Of a stretch of DNA of 64,000 bases, positions 12,701 through 25,276 are shown piece after piece. Origin of the DNA: Hemiscyllium ocellatum. Its lineage: Eukaryota. The notes below the pieces were generated by a model that was not told the DNA's origin, did not search any database, and saw only the letters and a list, made by a program, of their open reading frames with translations. The first letter of the stretch is position 1. Each line of letters starts with the position of its first letter. Both the position numbers and the translations under genes were made by a program. The stretch covers positions 27,032,001-27,096,000 of the forward strand of contig NC_083417.1 in NCBI RefSeq assembly GCF_020745735.1. Direction: 5' to 3'.

Positions 12701-13600
12701 AAATGCAACAACATCTGGACAATATCCAGGCTTGGGCTGATAAGTGAAAAATAACATTTGCATCACACAATGCCAGGCAAATGACCGTCTCTAATAAGAG
12801 ACAATCTAACCATCTCCCTTTGACACCATCCAGGACAAAGCAGCATGCTTGATTGGCACCACATCCATGAACATCTGCTCTCTCCACCACCGATGCTCAA
12901 TAGCAGCAGTGTGTACCATCTACAAGATTTACTGCAGGAATTCACCAACGATTCTTAAATAGCATCTTGCAAACTCACAGCCACTTCCACCTAGAAAGAC
13001 AAGAGCAACAGATACATGGGAACCATGATACTAGTTTCCTTTAGGGAAGGAAACTGCCAACCTTGTCTGATCCAGCCTACATGTGACTCCAGACTCACAT
13101 CAATGTGGTTGACACTTAACTGTGATGGGTAATAAATGCTGGCCTAGCCAGGTGAAGCCCTCATCCCATGTATGAATATAAAAACACCTTGCAAGTTCCC
13201 TTCCAAGCCTCAGCATCCTAATTTGGATGACAGTCAGTTCTGCTATAATGCGTGTTTCTTCAGCACAAATTAGCTTTAACACAATTGAAGAATTTTAGAC
13301 CATTATTTGTAGTATGCAAACATTCCTTAACTGTATTGGCTATAATGTGATTCTGACCCCATTAGTTTAAATGGCGTGTCTACTACATGATTTTCTTGTA
13401 ATGCAAGATCACGCAAGAATGGAACCATTGCATTATATCAGAACTGACTATAAATCATCATTTCTATGCTGTTGCTGGGTCAAAATCCTGGAATTCCTTC
13501 CCTAAGGGCATTGTGGGTCTACCTACAAAATGACTACAGCAGTTCAAGAAGAAGGCTCACAACCATCTTCTGTACGACAACTAGGAACCAGCAATAAATG

Positions 13601-13776
13601 AAACCAAAAGAGAAAATGCTGGAAAATCTCAGCAGGTCTGGCAGCATCTGTAAGGAGAGAAAAGTGCTGACGTTTCGAGTCTAACTGACCCTTTGTCAAA
13701 GCTGCCAGACCTGCTGAGATTTTCCAGCATCTTCTCTTTTGGTTTCAGATTCCAGCATCCGCAGTAATTTGCTTTT
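13601..13776. mobile_element. Fold-back PLE-derived mini-element with 15-bp TSD
   Basis: TSD aaccagcaataaatg (13586-13600, 13777-13791); 46-bp inverted arms 13600-13645 and 13701-13746 with one mismatch. Confidence 0.85.
13666..13702 (-). ncRNA. Minimal type I hammerhead ribozyme candidate with U3-A8 variant core
   Basis: Minus strand: GCU-UUGACAA-A-GGGUC-AGUUA-GACUC-GAAAC-GUC-AGC; stem I GCU/AGC, 5-bp stem II, palindromic ACGU stem III, GUC cleavage triplet. Confidence 0.6.
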
Positions 13777-16539
13777 AACCAGCAATAAATGCTGGCCTGG
13801 CCAGCGACACCCCATCTCATGAGAGAATTTTTTAAAATGGTATTATTGCATCTCCTAATAAATAATGAGAATGAAAATGTATCTCACAACAACCAAAAGG
13901 TAACTTCCAAAATTCAGAAAAATAGTCCTCAGGAAATTCTCACAAAGAGTGCTCAAAACTATTCTTTGACCCCTGATTGACATTTGAGTGATTGCAATGA
14001 TAAAGGGCTTCATTTATTAACGTGCAAAATGGTTAACTCCATTACATTTGCACTCATGTTCTGTTCGATGCTTGACAAATCCTGTAATAACTGCAAAAAT
14101 AACAGAACTCAAGCATTGTTCTTCTTTTAAGTTCAAATTTGAGATCAAATCTCAAGAGCTATGCACCTGAACAAAGATGTGTGCTAACCCTAGAGTGCAC
14201 ATATTCTATTGCCTTTCATTTCCTCCACAGGTACAGCTATCCAAGCTGCCTCATTTTGTATATCACTCAGTGGATGTCCCTACATCCCATGATCTAAATT
14301 CCCTGAGGTGATAGTTCCCATGCTGGTGGTTAGATCGGAAGGAATGCTGTGATATGATATCTTTTAAGTCAATGCAACCAATTAATGTTATGCTTCTATT
14401 TACATAACTCCCATTTACATGCAAACTTTCAACTTCATATGCCATCGTACTTGAGCACTGGCTTGTGAGACAGCATATGACTGTTGAGAAAGAACACCAA
14501 GGAAATTATACTTGTTCTTTACTGTAGCCTGTAATTTTGCCTTTGTTGCTCGATCTATCCCATGTGGTTCAGCAGTCGTGAAAATCTCAACTTCAAATGC
14601 ATTCAAGCAATTTGATACATTGTGCTTCCATGCTCTGACTGCTCTCTTTTGTTAAGTGATTATCAGGGTGACAAGGTAATAGCAGAGCTGAAGGGTTTTT
14701 CAAGTGTCAGAAGTACAAATAATTGTTACCCTGCAACTTATCATAAGGAATCATAATGTGCACACTTATCGTGCAGTAATATTTAGATGGAACAGTTTTT
14801 GGGATGAAAAGATCCAAAGATGAGCACGTAGAAATAGTGATACTGTTGTGTCGTGTGTCCTGCTGCAGAATGGGCATAGATGGTTATGGTTAAAACATTG
14901 CATAGTGGCATACTTTGTAGCGTACATAATTTACCTACCTACTTAGGACAAAGTAGTACTGTGCTCACTTATATTACTTGATCTGGTGAGATACCTGAAT
15001 ATTTTCCTTACTTGCAGTTGTGTCTTTAATGTGAGTGAGACAGGGCTGATATCTAATACATTTATTCCCTTTGCATTATGCTTGTAAACAGACCCATCTA
15101 CTATGTCTTGCTTCTTTCACTATCACATCTACAGATGCATCAGTGAATAATGCTGCTTTGCGAGGCGTCTGCTTTCTTCTGATTACACAGACATTTCTTC
15201 CTCTAAAAAAGACCCACCTGGTTAAATAGCTGCTGAAAGTCTTCAAATCCCTAATGAAGTGCCAGCTTCCAATGAAAATACACAATACAAACGAGGATCT
15301 TGCTATAAATATTTAAATAGGCCTGATCCTGAAAAGTTTGGTGAGATTAGATCATTTCCCTTCACAGTTCAATTCCATTCTATGACTCCCTTCACTTTCT
15401 ATGAACTTCCCAGAAAATTCATAATTCTAAGTATTTGTATTAATGATTGTGATGAGGTAACACCTATTTATCGAGAGAAATTTATTTACATCTATTACTT
15501 TGATATTGATAACTGCTTAGAATTACCATAGCTGTTAGTGTGCACCGTGTTCCCTCAATCTCGAAAACATGTTGGAGCAGATTGCTAAAGGTTAAACAAA
15601 TAGATGTAAAAATCATTAATGAAAATTTTTGGGCTTCAAACATATGCTTCCCTTGAGATCGGCGTACATTTAACTGATATAATGAATACTTTACTCTGTA
15701 GAATAGATCTGAATATATTTTAGAATGCTTATAAAATGAAACAATTTAACTCCTTCAGTTATTAAGCCTAACATTTTTAAAATGGCATTCATGTATACTT
15801 GGCTAAATTTATCCTGAACTATTTTATATTCTGCAGATAATGAATACATTAGCTTTTGAGTCCATGCCCTATCCATGTGGTTATACTACATCACCACTAT
15901 CGATCTAAACACACAATTTTTGATAGTCTGTTTAAAAGCATCACTGCAGTCCTATTCCATGAAGCAAGAATGATTATAAGGTGTGATGTAGCATTTCACA
16001 CTGGTGCTTTCTGCAATTTATGTTAACCTCCAACATCACAAAAATGAGAGAAAAATTTTGATTTTGTTATGCACCTGGATGCCTAATTATTACTCAAAGA
16101 CTGAATAGAGTTTGATCTTGCCTCTTGCTAAAGGTGATCTCTGATGGGATTACTTTCTTTCCTATTTAAAATAATAGGTTTGTATTGACTGCAATATTAA
16201 CATGGATGTTTGCTGGTTATTCAGAAAATTTACCTTCTTGCACCAAACATTACATTTCAAATTCACCTATCTCTGTTATCTCTGAAGTATGACTGTTCTT
16301 GCACATAACCCAAACTAATTCTGATTTTAAAAATAAATTATACTTAAGAGATGGCTCAACAGCCAATTTTCCCCATTTGCTTGTCTTAGTAAAGCTTTAT
16401 GCAATCTTGAATTGAGTTTCAAAATCTGACTTATTCCCTTTGTACGGTTCTAGTGTTTGACAGGTAAAATTTTAGGTAAACTTTTAGAAAAGTTGATAAT
16501 CATTAGTCCTTTTGGGCTAAAATTTGGCACGGGGATTTA

Positions 16540-17090
16540 ACATGGATTAGTGTGAGGTTATCCATTTTCGTCGGAAAAACAAAAAGACAACTTTTTATCC
16601 AAATGAAAAGAATCTTCAAAATGCTTCAGTTTAGAGGGATCCTGGTCTCCTTGTGTATGAATCACAGAAAGCTAGTATACAGGTATAGCAGGTAATAAGG
16701 AAGGCAAATGGAATTTGAGATTGAGCAGTTTAGGCCTATACTCACTGTACTGTAGAAGAATGAGTAGAGATCCATTCTTATAGGTATATAAAATGTTAAA
16801 GACAATTGACAAAATGGATGTGAAGCAGATGTCTTCCCTTGTGGGGCAATGTTGAATGAAAGGTCATGGTTTTTGGCTTAAGGGTGGCAAATTTAAAACA
16901 GAGTTAAAGAGGAATTTCTTCTCTCAAAGAGCTGTGAATGTGTGGAATTCACTACTCCAGAATGTGGCAGACTCTGGGACACTGAATAAATTTAAGGAGG
17001 AAATAGATTTGGCACAATCATTTCAAATGACGGAGCAGGCTTAAGAGGCTGAAATGCCTACTGCAGCTCCTAGTTCTTATGTTCTTATGG
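16540..17090 (+). mobile_element. Decayed CR1-type LINE 3' fragment
   Basis: ORF 16856..17044 KGGKFKTELKRNFFSQRAVNVWNSL; tail ttcttatgttcttatg. Confidence 0.75.
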
Positions 17091-17736
17091 AGTTGCATAA
17101 TACCAGCTAATACTCAGTGGGAATTTTGATCTCACTCAAATTTATCGTCCACAATTTATGCATCCAGTCGTCCTTATCTAGAAACAGATAGGATAACGCA
17201 GGTTTTGGAATGGAGGTGAGCAAGGAGGGGGATGCCATTGCCTTCCCACATCTTCTGATAGTTTGCCAGTGGCAGAGCAAATGGTGAGCAGTTTGCCTGC
17301 CTTGAATCAATTGAGACCCTTAAATAGCAAATTAATGGCTACTTGAGGACTTGTAACTGTATCACTGATATTTTACCAGCACCGTCACCCGAGCAGGCCG
17401 ACTAAAACCTGGCAGCCTCCCTATAGGCTTGGTGGGGATAGGTGAGTGCAAATCTATCCACTTCACACTCCTCAGAGCAGTGAGGGCTGTCACAGCTGAA
17501 AGACTCCTGTCCCAAAAATCATGATAAACTGCTTCCTACCAATCCCTGATTAGTCTTAGCAATCCTGGCCCCTACTTACATTTATTGCAGGTCTTGTCCA
17601 TTATCACTGGCCCAGGGCATGGTACAATCCCAACACTGGTCATCCGTTCCGAATAGAGGTGGAACATCCTGGCTCTTGATTGCTATAAGCCAATATATCT
17701 ACATACATATTTGTCCTCAGGCCAATCAATAGCAGT

Positions 17737-18394
17737 TGTTATGAATTTGTGTCCTGTACCTTATGGCTGGCACAGAGTGTGCTGAAAAATTTAAACATGT
17801 AACATTTGGTTGTGAAACACAAAGCTGTAACTAAGTTGCCATGGTACACAACGAATCCAATTTCGGGCAATCAGTTCAAATTATGCCCCAGATACCAAAA
17901 TCCAATCGAATTTGAAATTTAGTGTTTTGGATGACATCAAACCAATGAGTCGCTCCAATGTTTTGGCATATATAAACTGGGGTATTTTGAACAGCTGGGG
18001 AGAACAGTAAAGAGCAGCCAAGCATCAACAGATTGCCAGCAGAAGAGCTCTCTGAAAGGTACCTGTTCATAAGAAATTTATGCAGCAGAACACTGACAAC
18101 TTAAAGGAATCTACAGAGGAAGTTCAATATCCGAAGACGACTGGTTTTGAAACTTATTTGCCATAATATTTAAGAGGGAATTTATCAACAAGTATCATAG
18201 AGTGGGAGGTAAAAGTAGGTTTAAGAAAGGAGTTGTAAATAATTGTTGTTTAATGTTCTCTTTTGGACTTAAAGAATAAAATTGCTAATTTTTCTTTTCA
18301 TTGCCACTCAAAATTTAACAGATTGTGGCGTGAGGTGAGCTTTTCTGTGCGTCTGGTTTAAATTAGCAGAAGGGTTTACCCCATGTCACTACCA
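17737..18394 (+). mobile_element. Probable solo LTR
   Basis: Begins TGTTATGA, ends ...ccccatgtcactacCA; contains tatataa and aataaa; no convincing TSD; part of it is duplicated at 19423-19630. Confidence 0.4.
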
Positions 18395-18735
18395 ACAGAG
18401 GGAAGCTTGCTTCCAACTTTCAAGCCAGTGGGTGGATCCACCTCCTCCTAGTAAATCCCCAGGCATTAGATCCAAATAGCTTGTCCAGGAAGAAATTCAT
18501 AGGACACTCAGATGAGAGTCATTAAAAATTCAAACTTGCCATAGTTGTAACTTTATATTTGATAGAAGTAATTGCTTCTTAAGTACTTTTGACTATTAGA
18601 ATCTTGGAAAATACATATGTAGGTTTGTTTATTTATTGACTAGAAATATTATAATAGCAAATACTGTGTGAAAAGAGCCACTAAGAAGAATAAAATATCA
18701 CAGCAAAAACGCTGCCATAAAATTTTATCTTTCAG

Positions 18736-18903
18736 CTGAAGGAGAAAGAGGATCATATTTTATTTCTGGAAGATAATTTAGCACAATTCCAGAAAAAGCA
18801 CCAGGCTTTACTTAATGAATACAGGAACTGTGAATCAGAGCTACAGGAGGCCCAATCAAATCTATCAACAGCTCAGAAACAGAACAAGTATTATACTGAA
18901 GAG
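18736..18903 (+). CDS. PMFBP1: Coding exon, 168 nt, phase 0-0
   Basis: ttttatctttcAG|CTG; LKEKEDHILFLEDNLAQFQKKHQALLNEYRNCESELQEAQSNLSTAQKQNKYYTEE; donor GAG|gtaaga. Confidence 0.88.
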
Positions 18904-19422
18904 GTAAGAATGGCATTATTATTTTCTCCCATCTTTAGTAGTTTAGGTTATTAAAACATAAAAATATTAATTCCTATAGATACATTGCAAAAGCTTAAGA
19001 TATCTTCGTCAGATTTAAACATGCTGCTGAATGATACAAATTGCAAGGTCAGATAATTTCAAAATAACAAGTTGTCTAATTTTTAGTTTTGTTTTGAAAA
19101 TTTGCCTTCATAATAATGCAGAATATTCTTGTTGGGAATAGATTGTATTCTGTTTCAGCCATCTGATGTCAGCGTTGAGTATTCCTTGTTAAAATAATGT
19201 AGTTACATGCTAATTAAATTTCCTTCTACTTTTTCCCAACAATATACTTCATTTGCAGAAATACAATATACCCATACCACTCCTTAGAAAGTTAACTTGA
19301 GAGCAAGATATTAGCTGGACGTGATAAATTAATTTGTTTTGCTATTCTTATTATATTCAAAAAATGTAGTGTTCCAAAGTTATCTGCTGGATCCAAGCTC
19401 AGTGACTTAGAATCTCAAGTCT

Positions 19423-19630
19423 ACTTGTTTGCCGTAATATTTAAGAGGGAATTTATCAACAAGTACCGTAGAGTGGGAGGTAAAAGTAGGTTTAAGAAAG
19501 GAGTTGTAAATAATTGTTGTTTAATATTGTCTTTTGGACTTAAAGAATAAAATTGTTAATTTTTCTTTTAAATGGTGATATTTGGGATAGTTCATTGCCA
19601 CTCAAAATTTAACTGATTGTGGCGCGAGGT
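19423..19630 (+). repeat. Near-identical direct copy of 18152-18336
   Basis: Both read ..tttgcc(a/g)taatatttaagagggaatttatcaacaagta..gattgtggcg(t/c)gaggt; this copy has about 23 extra nt. Confidence 0.9.
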
Positions 19631-20784
19631 TTTGGTATTTAATTAACTAAATTTCTGTTCCAGCTTTGGAAGTTTACTTTCTCCTCCTTTTTTCATTCTT
19701 ATGTAACTTCTTGTGGGCCCATAATTTCTGTTGAGTTTTGATCACACGGGTATTATATGTTTGGATAGAAACTTGCAGATGTGGAGGTTTTGGGTGGGAG
19801 CTTCTTCATGCAAGATTTCATCCCACCTTTGCTGGTGACACCAGCATGAGACAAAACTGGCTATATTTGTCTGAAAATCATTACTCCACTAATGAGGTGG
19901 AAATGTCAATGAAATTCAAATAAATTAGTTAATTTTACTATTTAAGTGCTAGAGAGAAAAACTGACATCCTGGATTTTGCTATATAAATAACCGCAAAGC
20001 TGTCAGCAGCAAATTTCATCATCAACATATGTGCAGTTAAATTCAGGAACCCAAAGGGCTGTGGGTAATACAGTGTGCTTCCAGAGCCTGTAGTATTTAA
20101 CAAATAAATCTGTACAGATATCACTATCATCCCCTACTTAGGTGAACTAAGCTTTTGTTTTGTTCTAAGAATTGCTGAAACAATTAGCGCTTATTCATTC
20201 AGGAGTAACTGAGTTTTCAGTGCTTTCAAGAATAATGTTCCCTCTAATTTCTGTTTGCTGCATGTGTCCAGTTTGTTGCATTTCATGATCCCTTTGAGAT
20301 TGACATGCAGCATTGCATATAAAGGATGTGTTTCCTGTGTGAGACCTGTTCAGGCATGTATATTTCCAAATGTTGCACACATACATATCTGTATACCTGT
20401 GTACCTATTTTTGCTGAACAACTTCTCTGTCTCAAGAGAGTTATTTTCTTTAACCTTTTGAGTTAATCATTTTTATGTATTCCTTAATCCTATGTATATG
20501 TACCAATTTTTATTTTGCTTTCTGTGCAAGATTAAAATGGAATTTGTATTTCCTATGCTGAGCTTCCTGCTTTGAATTCTGTGTCGATGAAAATTTTTCT
20601 GTCTGATGAGAAAGACTCTCTGCTACTTGCTCTTCTCACAATAGTCACAGAATCCTGAAGAAAGAATCATGTTCAAATAGATATCAGTTAACTAGAGACC
20701 TGCTGAAGTCTATGACCAGCTGCAAATGCAGTGAATTGACAAAAGACATTCCTTTATCAATCACACCAAAATATGTGCCATTTA

Positions 20785-22412
20785 TAGAGTCATAGAAACG
20801 GAAACAGACCTTTCAGTCCAACTCGTCCATGCCGACCCATTCTAGTCCCATCTGCCAGTACCCGGCCCATATCCCTCCAAACCCTTCCTATTCATATACC
20901 TATCCAGATGCTGTTTAAATGTTGCAATTGTACCAGCCTCCACCACTTCCGCTGGCAACTCATTCCATACAGGTGCCACCCTCTGATTGAAAACGTTGCC
21001 TCTTAGGTCTCTTTTATATCTTTCCCCTCTCACCCTAAATCTATGCGCTCTAGTTCTGGACTCCCACACCCCAGGGAAAAGACTTTGTCTATTTATCCTA
21101 TCTATATCCCTCATGATTTTATAAACCTCTATAAGGTCACCCCTCAGCCTCTGATGCTCCAGGGAAAACAGCCCTAGCCTATTCAACGTCTCCCTATAAC
21201 TCAAATCCTCCAACCCTGGCAACATCTTTGTAAATCTTTTCTGAACCCTTTCAAATTTCACAACATCTTTCCGATAGGAAGTAGACCAGAATTGCACACA
21301 ATATCCCAAAAGTGGCCTAACTAATGTCCTGTACAGCCATTACCTCCCAACATGACCTCCCAACTCCTATACTCAGTACTCTGACCAATAAAGGAAAGCT
21401 TACCAAATGCCTTCTTCACTATCCTATCTACCTGCGACTCCACTTTCAAGGAGCTATGAACCTGTACTCCAAGGTCTCTTTGTTCAGCAACACTCCCTAG
21501 GACCTTACCGTTAAGTGTATAAGTCCTGCTAAGATTTGCTTTCCCAAAATGTGGCACCTCACATTTATCTAGATTAAACTCCATCTGCCACTTCTCAGCC
21601 CATTGGCCCGTCTGATCAAGATCCCGTTGTAATCTAAAGTGACCTTCTTCGCTGTCCACTACACCTCCAATTTTGGTGTCATCAGCAAACCTACCATTTA
21701 TGCTCACATCCAAATCATTTATATAAATGATGAAAAGTAGTGGACCCAGCACCGATCCTTGTGGCACTCCGTTGGTCACAGGCCTCCAGTCTGAAAAACA
21801 ACCCTCCATCACCACTCTCTGTCTTCTACCTTTGAGCCAGTCCTGTACCCAAATGGCGAGTTCTCCTTGTATTCCATGAGATCTAACCTTGTTCACCTGT
21901 CTCCCATGGGGAACCTAGTCTAACACCTTACTGAAGTCCATATAGATCACATCTACCGCTCTGCTCTCATCAATCCTCTTTGTTACTTCTTCAAAAAACT
22001 CCATCAAGTTTGTGAGACATGATTTCCCACACACAAAGTCATGTTGACCATCCCTAATCAGAACTTGCCTTTCCAAATACATATACACCCTGTCCCTCAG
22101 GATTCCCTCCAACAACTTGCCCACCACTGATGTCAGGCTCACTGGTCTATAGTTCCCTGGCTTGTCCTTACCACCTTTCTTAAACAGTGGCACCATGTTT
22201 GTCAACCTCCAGATTTCCAGCACCTCACCCGTGACAGCGAGAGGCCCAGCAATCACTTCCCTAGCTTCCCACAGAGTTCCAGAGTACACCTGATCAGGTC
22301 CTGGGGATTTATCCACTTTTATGCATTTCAAGACATCCAGCGCTTCCTCCTCTGTAATATGGACATTTTTCAAGATGTCACCATCTATTTCTCTACATTC
22401 TATATCTTCCAT
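20785..22412 (-). mobile_element. Relatively young 5'-truncated CR1 LINE (HER1-like), frameshifted RT
   Basis: ORFs 21915..22421 (KSPGPD, GNYRPVSLTS, DFSK), 21321..21896 (GVPQGSVLGPLLF, FADD), 20842..21309; tail ctatgactctat. Confidence 0.92.
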
Positions 22413-22459
22413 TTTGTTCAAAACTGTTTTTTTTTAATTGGTAACGTTGCTATAGAGCT

Positions 22460-22617
22460 TCACTGTCATTAGAGAGAAATGACCGGAGATGGTTTAACCT
22501 GAGGGTCATCACACCTCAGGTGAGGGAAGAGCTTGAGGAAGAGAATCAACCGGTGCAGGATTTGAGCCCAGCTTGTTTACATCACTCTACATCTCAAGCC
22601 ATTCATCCACGCTAATC
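22460..22617 (-). mobile_element. Degenerate tRNA-derived SINE (family not assigned)
   Basis: Minus strand B-box-like gggctcaaatcc followed by cctgaggtgtgatgaccctcagg hairpin. Confidence 0.45.
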
Positions 22618-23448
22618 CTCTATTTTAGGGCCAGTCTTTCAGTGAAATATGTGAAAATACTATGACAAATGTTTAGTATTTATAATAATCATGTCTAATA
22701 TTAATTAAAGTAATGTAGAAATAGAAACACCAGCATTGGAGTTTATACACAGGGCAATAGCCCTATTTTACAGCAACCTAAAATGGAAGCTACAATATAG
22801 AATGTTCTAATGACTGCATTGATGGATGATTCCTGCCAATTTATTCTTCACATGACAACTTGATTCAACCATACTACAATTGAAGTATCAAATGACGTGT
22901 TTCAATTTAAATTTAAATAAGTATCAAACTAAGATTGTATCAAAACTAAGATGGATATTAAATGTAAATCAAAGCTAATATTTCTTGTATTGTGACACAA
23001 CTTGTATTGACAAGCTAGAGATTGATGAGAATAAATCTGTCCCACTGGTACAATGAGACACACCTTTAATTTTCACCACTTGTTTTCTTACCCTGCAATC
23101 TCCAGCAATTGTATTTCACACCCTTTAAGGAGCTAGAACATCAATAAGTGCACGAACAATAAAATTGCTGGTTAAAATTAAATCATTTTCAATATATGAT
23201 ATTTTCAACATGAGGGAAACAACATTGCTTTTCGTACGATTTCAGACAATCAAAAGCTAGGTTGTAATCCAAATTTTTGTTCCCTAACTGGTGCATGCAG
23301 TTTATCATGGCTGAGTTTTAATTCAGTTCTTTACAGTTTCATCTTTGCAATATAACTTTACATTGCTTGTCTAAGCAAAAACAAAGTTGATGTCACTTTC
23401 AAAATTTACCTGTTTAATTTCTAAAGCTGTAATAATGTCATGCCACAG

Positions 23449-23616
23449 GCAACCCGACAAGAAGATAAATTTGCCAATCTTCAGTCAGAGCTGAATACAG
23501 TCCAGGAACAGGCACGAAAGACTAACCATGAACTGAAATCAGCAGACCAACTCATCCATGAACTCAGACGAGAGCTAACAGCATGTCATGGTACCCAAAA
23601 AGAAAACATGGAGCAG
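23449..23616 (+). CDS. PMFBP1: Coding exon, 168 nt, phase 0-0
   Basis: tgccacAG|GCA; ATRQEDKFANLQSELNTVQEQARKTNHELKSADQLIHELRRELTACHGTQKENMEQ; donor CAG|gtttgc; lies inside track ORF 23440..23760. Confidence 0.85.
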
Positions 23617-24479
23617 GTTTGCTATAAATTCAAGTCTTTCTTTTTTTGCTTGAATATTATCTTGAAATCAGTGGCATATTTAAGCAATCGAGTGTGTTTC
23701 TGTTGTGGGAGTTGGATTGTATTTCTCTGGGTACATACGGCCATTAATATTATGGCATAATCTTCAGCCCTTGTAGCCTGAACCATATGTTCATGGTTTT
23801 CACGACTGTGCGGCTAAATCTCAGGAACAATAGACCAAACACTTGGTGACAAAGTCTGTTAAGAATTGTTACTGTGCTTTATTTCATAATCAAGTAAATA
23901 TAAAGAACAGCAATCATAATCATATAAAAGCAAAATACTGCAAATACTGGAATTCTGAAACAAAAACAGAAACTGCTGAAGAAACTGGGTCTGGCAGCAT
24001 ATGTAGAGTGAGAAGCAGATTTACTGCTTTGAGTCCAATGTGACTTATTTGGAACACATAATCGAATTCCCTTAATTCAAACAGGAGAGCTTATCTTGTC
24101 CAATGAAACAAAAAAAAGAAAATGCACGTTTGTTCACATAGAAAAACTCTCTTTACTAATTTAGCCAGGGTAATTGCTCACTTATAGTGGCCTGCAAAAA
24201 AAAATTTGATTTTGAAACTAGATCTCAAAAATTGTTTTAAAAGAAAGAAAAGATGGCTGCAGAAATACTGACAAGTTAATCACTCGTATCAGACTCACAG
24301 AAAACCTATATGTCACTAACTCAAAAAGCCCAAATTATTATACTCCTGAGCTTAAATGTATTCAGATTGACCTAACCTGTTTAGAGTTTCAACTCAACCC
24401 ATCTAACCTGGGACTAACATTGATTCTTTACTCTAAGGTAATTTCAGAGTGATTTGGACAAGCTGACTACAAAATCATG

Positions 24480-25276
24480 GCAGAAGCAGTATGTGGATAG
24501 ATATGGAGTTTTCCACTTTAGTAGCAAAAACAAGAAGGCAGATTATTAACTGAGTAGCTATAAATTGAGAGAGGGAATGTGCAACGAGCTGTAAGTGTCT
24601 ACGTGTATCAGTCACTGAAGGTAAACTTGCAGATGCAGCAGGAGGTAATGAGTGCAAATGGTATGTTGTAGGATTATTGTACAGAAGCAGAACGTCTTGC
24701 TGCAATTATACAGGGTCTTAATGACACCACACCTGGAATATTATAAGTTTTGTATATTTATTTTGATCTCTTTATCTGAGGAATGATGTTCTTGCCATAG
24801 AGGGAATGCAGAAAAGGTTTACTATGTATGTGGAGAAGTTGAATTGATTAGGATTATATTTGCTGGAATTCAGAAGAATGAGGGGGCAAAATCTTATAAA
24901 AACCTATAAAATTCTAACTGGATGAGACAGATTAGATGCAGGAAAGATGTTTCTGTTTAGGGGGGTGCAGGGAAATTTCCAGAAAAAGGGATTAAGAGGT
25001 CACTGTTTAAGGATTGGGATAAACCACTTAGGTCTGAGATGTGGAGAAATTTCACTAAAAGAGTAGTGAGCCTGTGGAATTCACTATCACAGGAAGCAGT
25101 CAAAGCCAAAACATTGTATGATTTCAAAAGGAGCTGGATTGAGCACTTGGGGCTAAAGGAATCATAGGATATTGGTAAAAGCGGAGTTGGACGATTAACC
25201 AGGATCATAATGAATGGCCGAGAAGGCTCGAGGGTCAAATGTCCTACACCTGCTCTTCTTTTCTATATTTCTATGT
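24480..25276 (+). mobile_element. Decayed CR1-type LINE 3' fragment
   Basis: PHLEY, LGLYxLEFRRMRG and RVVSLWNSL relics; tail ctatatttctatg. Confidence 0.7.

Larger units (their letters stand above)
10275..13830 (+). mobile_element. Near full-length, decayed CR1-group LINE with a tRNA-like head at its 5' end, interrupted by later insertions
   Basis: A/B-box-like head at 10287-10359; APE endonuclease relics (ILMESYL, WVG, LNLILTN, KTDHHTI); RT relic GVPQCSVVGPNVFKCFINDL..MFADD; 3' tail gcaataaatgctggcctggccagcgac at about 13780-13830. Confidence 0.8.

Noticed and set aside
14231-14308. Good acceptor (tttcatttcctccacAG) as an additional exon
   Set aside because: The peptide is not coiled-coil-like, and the nearest weak donor would shift the frame.
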